Below are positions 62,177-64,000 of a stretch of DNA of 64,000 nucleotides, in pieces. Where the stretch lies: positions 62,001 to 126,000 of the forward strand of contig MU626300.1 in the NCBI GenBank assembly GCA_025603075.1, given 5' to 3'. Made by a program: the position numbers and the translations under genes. Source of the DNA: Neoconidiobolus thromboides FSU 785 (Eukaryota > Fungi > Entomophthoromycota). The notes under the pieces were generated by a model. The model was not told the DNA's origin, ran no database searches, and saw only the letters and a list, made by a program, of their open reading frames with translations. The number at the start of each line of letters is the position of its first letter. Position 1 is the first letter of the stretch.

Positions 62177-63817
62177 TTAAAAACCATGCATTAAATCTAA
62201 AGTAGAGATATCGTTATTATCAAAAGTAAAGCCTAAATTTTTAGCTAATTCCTGATTTAAATAATTTTCATTATCAAATAAATTTAAATTCCAGTTCTGA
62301 AATTGATGATTATCATTATCATTGATTTGAGCTAATTCAGGTGTAAATGAGGAACCTTCAGTTTCAGAACCAGAGTTATTATTATGACCATTGTTATTCT
62401 GAATATTCATATTCTGTCCATTGCTTTGTGTATTGTTATTTAAATTAGTAATGATTTCTCCTTTACTATTTAAATGCTCAGGGTGATGTAAAGCTAAATG
62501 TTGAGCTAATTGATCCTTACGATTAAAAGTCCTTGGACATTTCTCATGTGGACATGGATTTGGATGTTCATGAGTTTTATGATGTCTTCTTAATTGATCA
62601 CTTCTTTTAAAGGCCCTACCGCAGTATTCTACTTGACAAACATGGGGTCTTTCATTTGGATCAATAATTGTATTCATTTTATTTAACTTTGGTGGCATTG
62701 GGTATGGGCTTAAATCTTTCATCATATTATGACGAAGCATACTTGGTTTGTTTCCCATAGTTAAAAAAGGTTCAGGATTGAAGCCCATAAAGGGGTGTTG
62801 GGCTATTGGACTATCAAAAGGTAAGTTGGTAAATGAATTACGATTCAAGTCCATACTTGGAGACATCATATCAATTGTATTTAATTCATCGGATAGGGAA
62901 GGTGATTGAAATAAATTATTACAAAATAATTGTTGTGGTGAATAATTCATAAAGGAGCGAGTTAATAATGGATTATCAAAAGGTAACATGTATGACTGTG
63001 GTGGAGTAAATGGATTCATTTCCCATGGATAAGACATAAATGCTAAGCCACTTTGTTCTATTAATTGACGTTGTTGTTGTAATATATTGTTGTTGTTTCC
63101 TGGATTTAAGGAAGCATTGTCATAAATTAAATGTTGATCAACTCTCTTTGGTATACCTGAATGAGCTAACGGATGTCTCTTGCTTTTAGTACTACTATTG
63201 TTATTATTAGCACTATCTAGATTTTCCATTTCTTCTTCTTCTTCTTCTTCGTCATTAATATTACTGTTAGTATTAACATCTTCGGTAGTAGGTTCAGTAC
63301 CCATACTTTCTCTTTTTAAATCTCTTTCTAAAGCATCAATAAATAGTCTATCATGAGGGACAGAATACCAAAAGAATACTTTTTGTTTCTTTTGAGTTCT
63401 AATACAATTACTTCTATATAACATTTCTAAAAATTCACTTCTAGGTTCTTCTAAAATAGCATCAATACCAGGTTTTAAGTTTCTTAAATCACTAAAGATT
63501 CCTTCTTCAAATTTTTTAAAGTTTTTTACTGGTCTTCCATAACATTCAAAACGATAAACCAAACTACGTACAATATCGGTACCTGTCATAAAAAATAGTG
63601 AATTCCATAAGATACAACTGATAGCTTCACCGTTATTCAATGGAAATCTTAAAATTGGATTTTCAATATCCCATTTACTTGGTGCATTTAAAAAGAAATC
63701 TTTTAAATTTTCGACTTTGGTCATATTATCCTCTTTATTAATATTTTCTTCGACTTGTTCTTCTTTAATTGTATGTGCTTCTTCATTTTCATTGTATAAG
63801 TTTAAAAAGTAGTTCAT
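62177..63817 (-). CDS. STE12: STE12-like transcription factor (STE domain plus two C2H2 zinc fingers), intronless
   Basis: FFLNAPSKW...ISCILWNSLFFMTGTDIVR...KKFEEGIFSDLRNLKPG...CIRTQKKQKVFFW.SVPHDRLF.DALERDLKRE; two C2H2 fingers near the C-terminus. Confidence 0.95.
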   Translation of the reverse strand: MNYFLNLYNENEEAHTIKEEQVEENINKEDNMTKVENLKDFFLNAPSKWDIENPILRFPLNNGEAISCILWNSLFFMTGTDIVRSLVYRFECYGRPVKNFKKFEEGIFSDLRNLKPGIDAILEEPRSEFLEMLYRSNCIRTQKKQKVFFWYSVPHDRLFIDALERDLKRESMGTEPTTEDVNTNSNINDEEEEEEEMENLDSANNNNSSTKSKRHPLAHSGIPKRVDQHLIYDNASLNPGNNNNILQQQRQLIEQSGLAFMSYPWEMNPFTPPQSYMLPFDNPLLTRSFMNYSPQQLFCNNLFQSPSLSDELNTIDMMSPSMDLNRNSFTNLPFDSPIAQHPFMGFNPEPFLTMGNKPSMLRHNMMKDLSPYPMPPKLNKMNTIIDPNERPHVCQVEYCGRAFKRSDQLRRHHKTHEHPNPCPHEKCPRTFNRKDQLAQHLALHHPEHLNSKGEIITNLNNNTQSNGQNMNIQNNNGHNNNSGSETEGSSFTPELAQINDNDNHQFQNWNLNLFDNENYLNQELAKNLGFTFDNNDISTLDLMHGF

Positions 63818-64000
63818 GATGCCGTTGATGTTATGTATTTAAATATGAGATGCTAAAATGTGATGGGTGATTGAGATTAAATATGTATATAAATAAAAAA
63901 TTAAGGAGATCTATATAAAATAAGAGATATAATTTTAAAAATAATTTAAACAAAAGAAATAGATTGAAGGGGATTTATATACTTTTCAAATTTAAATAAC

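Noticed and set aside
8609-63817. SPO16-like, RMI1, STE12 and homeobox genes as a mating/meiosis cluster or MAT locus
   Set aside because: They are spread over 55 kb among unrelated genes, with no HMG-box gene, pheromone or receptor gene, and no paired HD1/HD2 arrangement.

Overview
Very AT-rich eukaryotic DNA with short (about 35-60 nt) GT-AG introns. It reads as an early-diverging fungus (Zoopagomycota/Mucoromycota-like); this is inferred from gene content and is not a database match. Positions 1-14 kb are gene-dense and intron-rich: RPC2 (5' part), a Taf14-like YEATS gene, an MCT-type MFS transporter and a BAR-SH3 gene. Two genes largely missed by the ORF track were rebuilt by hand: a 203-aa SPO16/PTD/FAAP24-like protein and a 289-aa DHHC palmitoyltransferase. 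The DHHC frame is open only if a 95-nt minor-spliceosome (U12-type) AT-AC intron is removed. Positions 14.5-40 kb are gene-sparse and carry mostly intronless genes: GH18 chitinase, homeobox, small Cys-rich secreted protein, LYC1-like GNAT, arylamine N-acetyltransferase, two RNase T2 paralogs and a subtilisin. The right third holds an M18 aspartyl aminopeptidase, two Gly/Thr-rich secreted proteins, two more LYC1-like GNATs, Yippee, RMI1, tRNA-Glu(UUC), a second homeobox gene and STE12. About 21 copies of one ~98-bp MITE-like element (GGGGATG...CATCCCC termini, 4-bp target-site duplications) are scattered through the window. No CRISPR array, rRNA or intact transposase was found.
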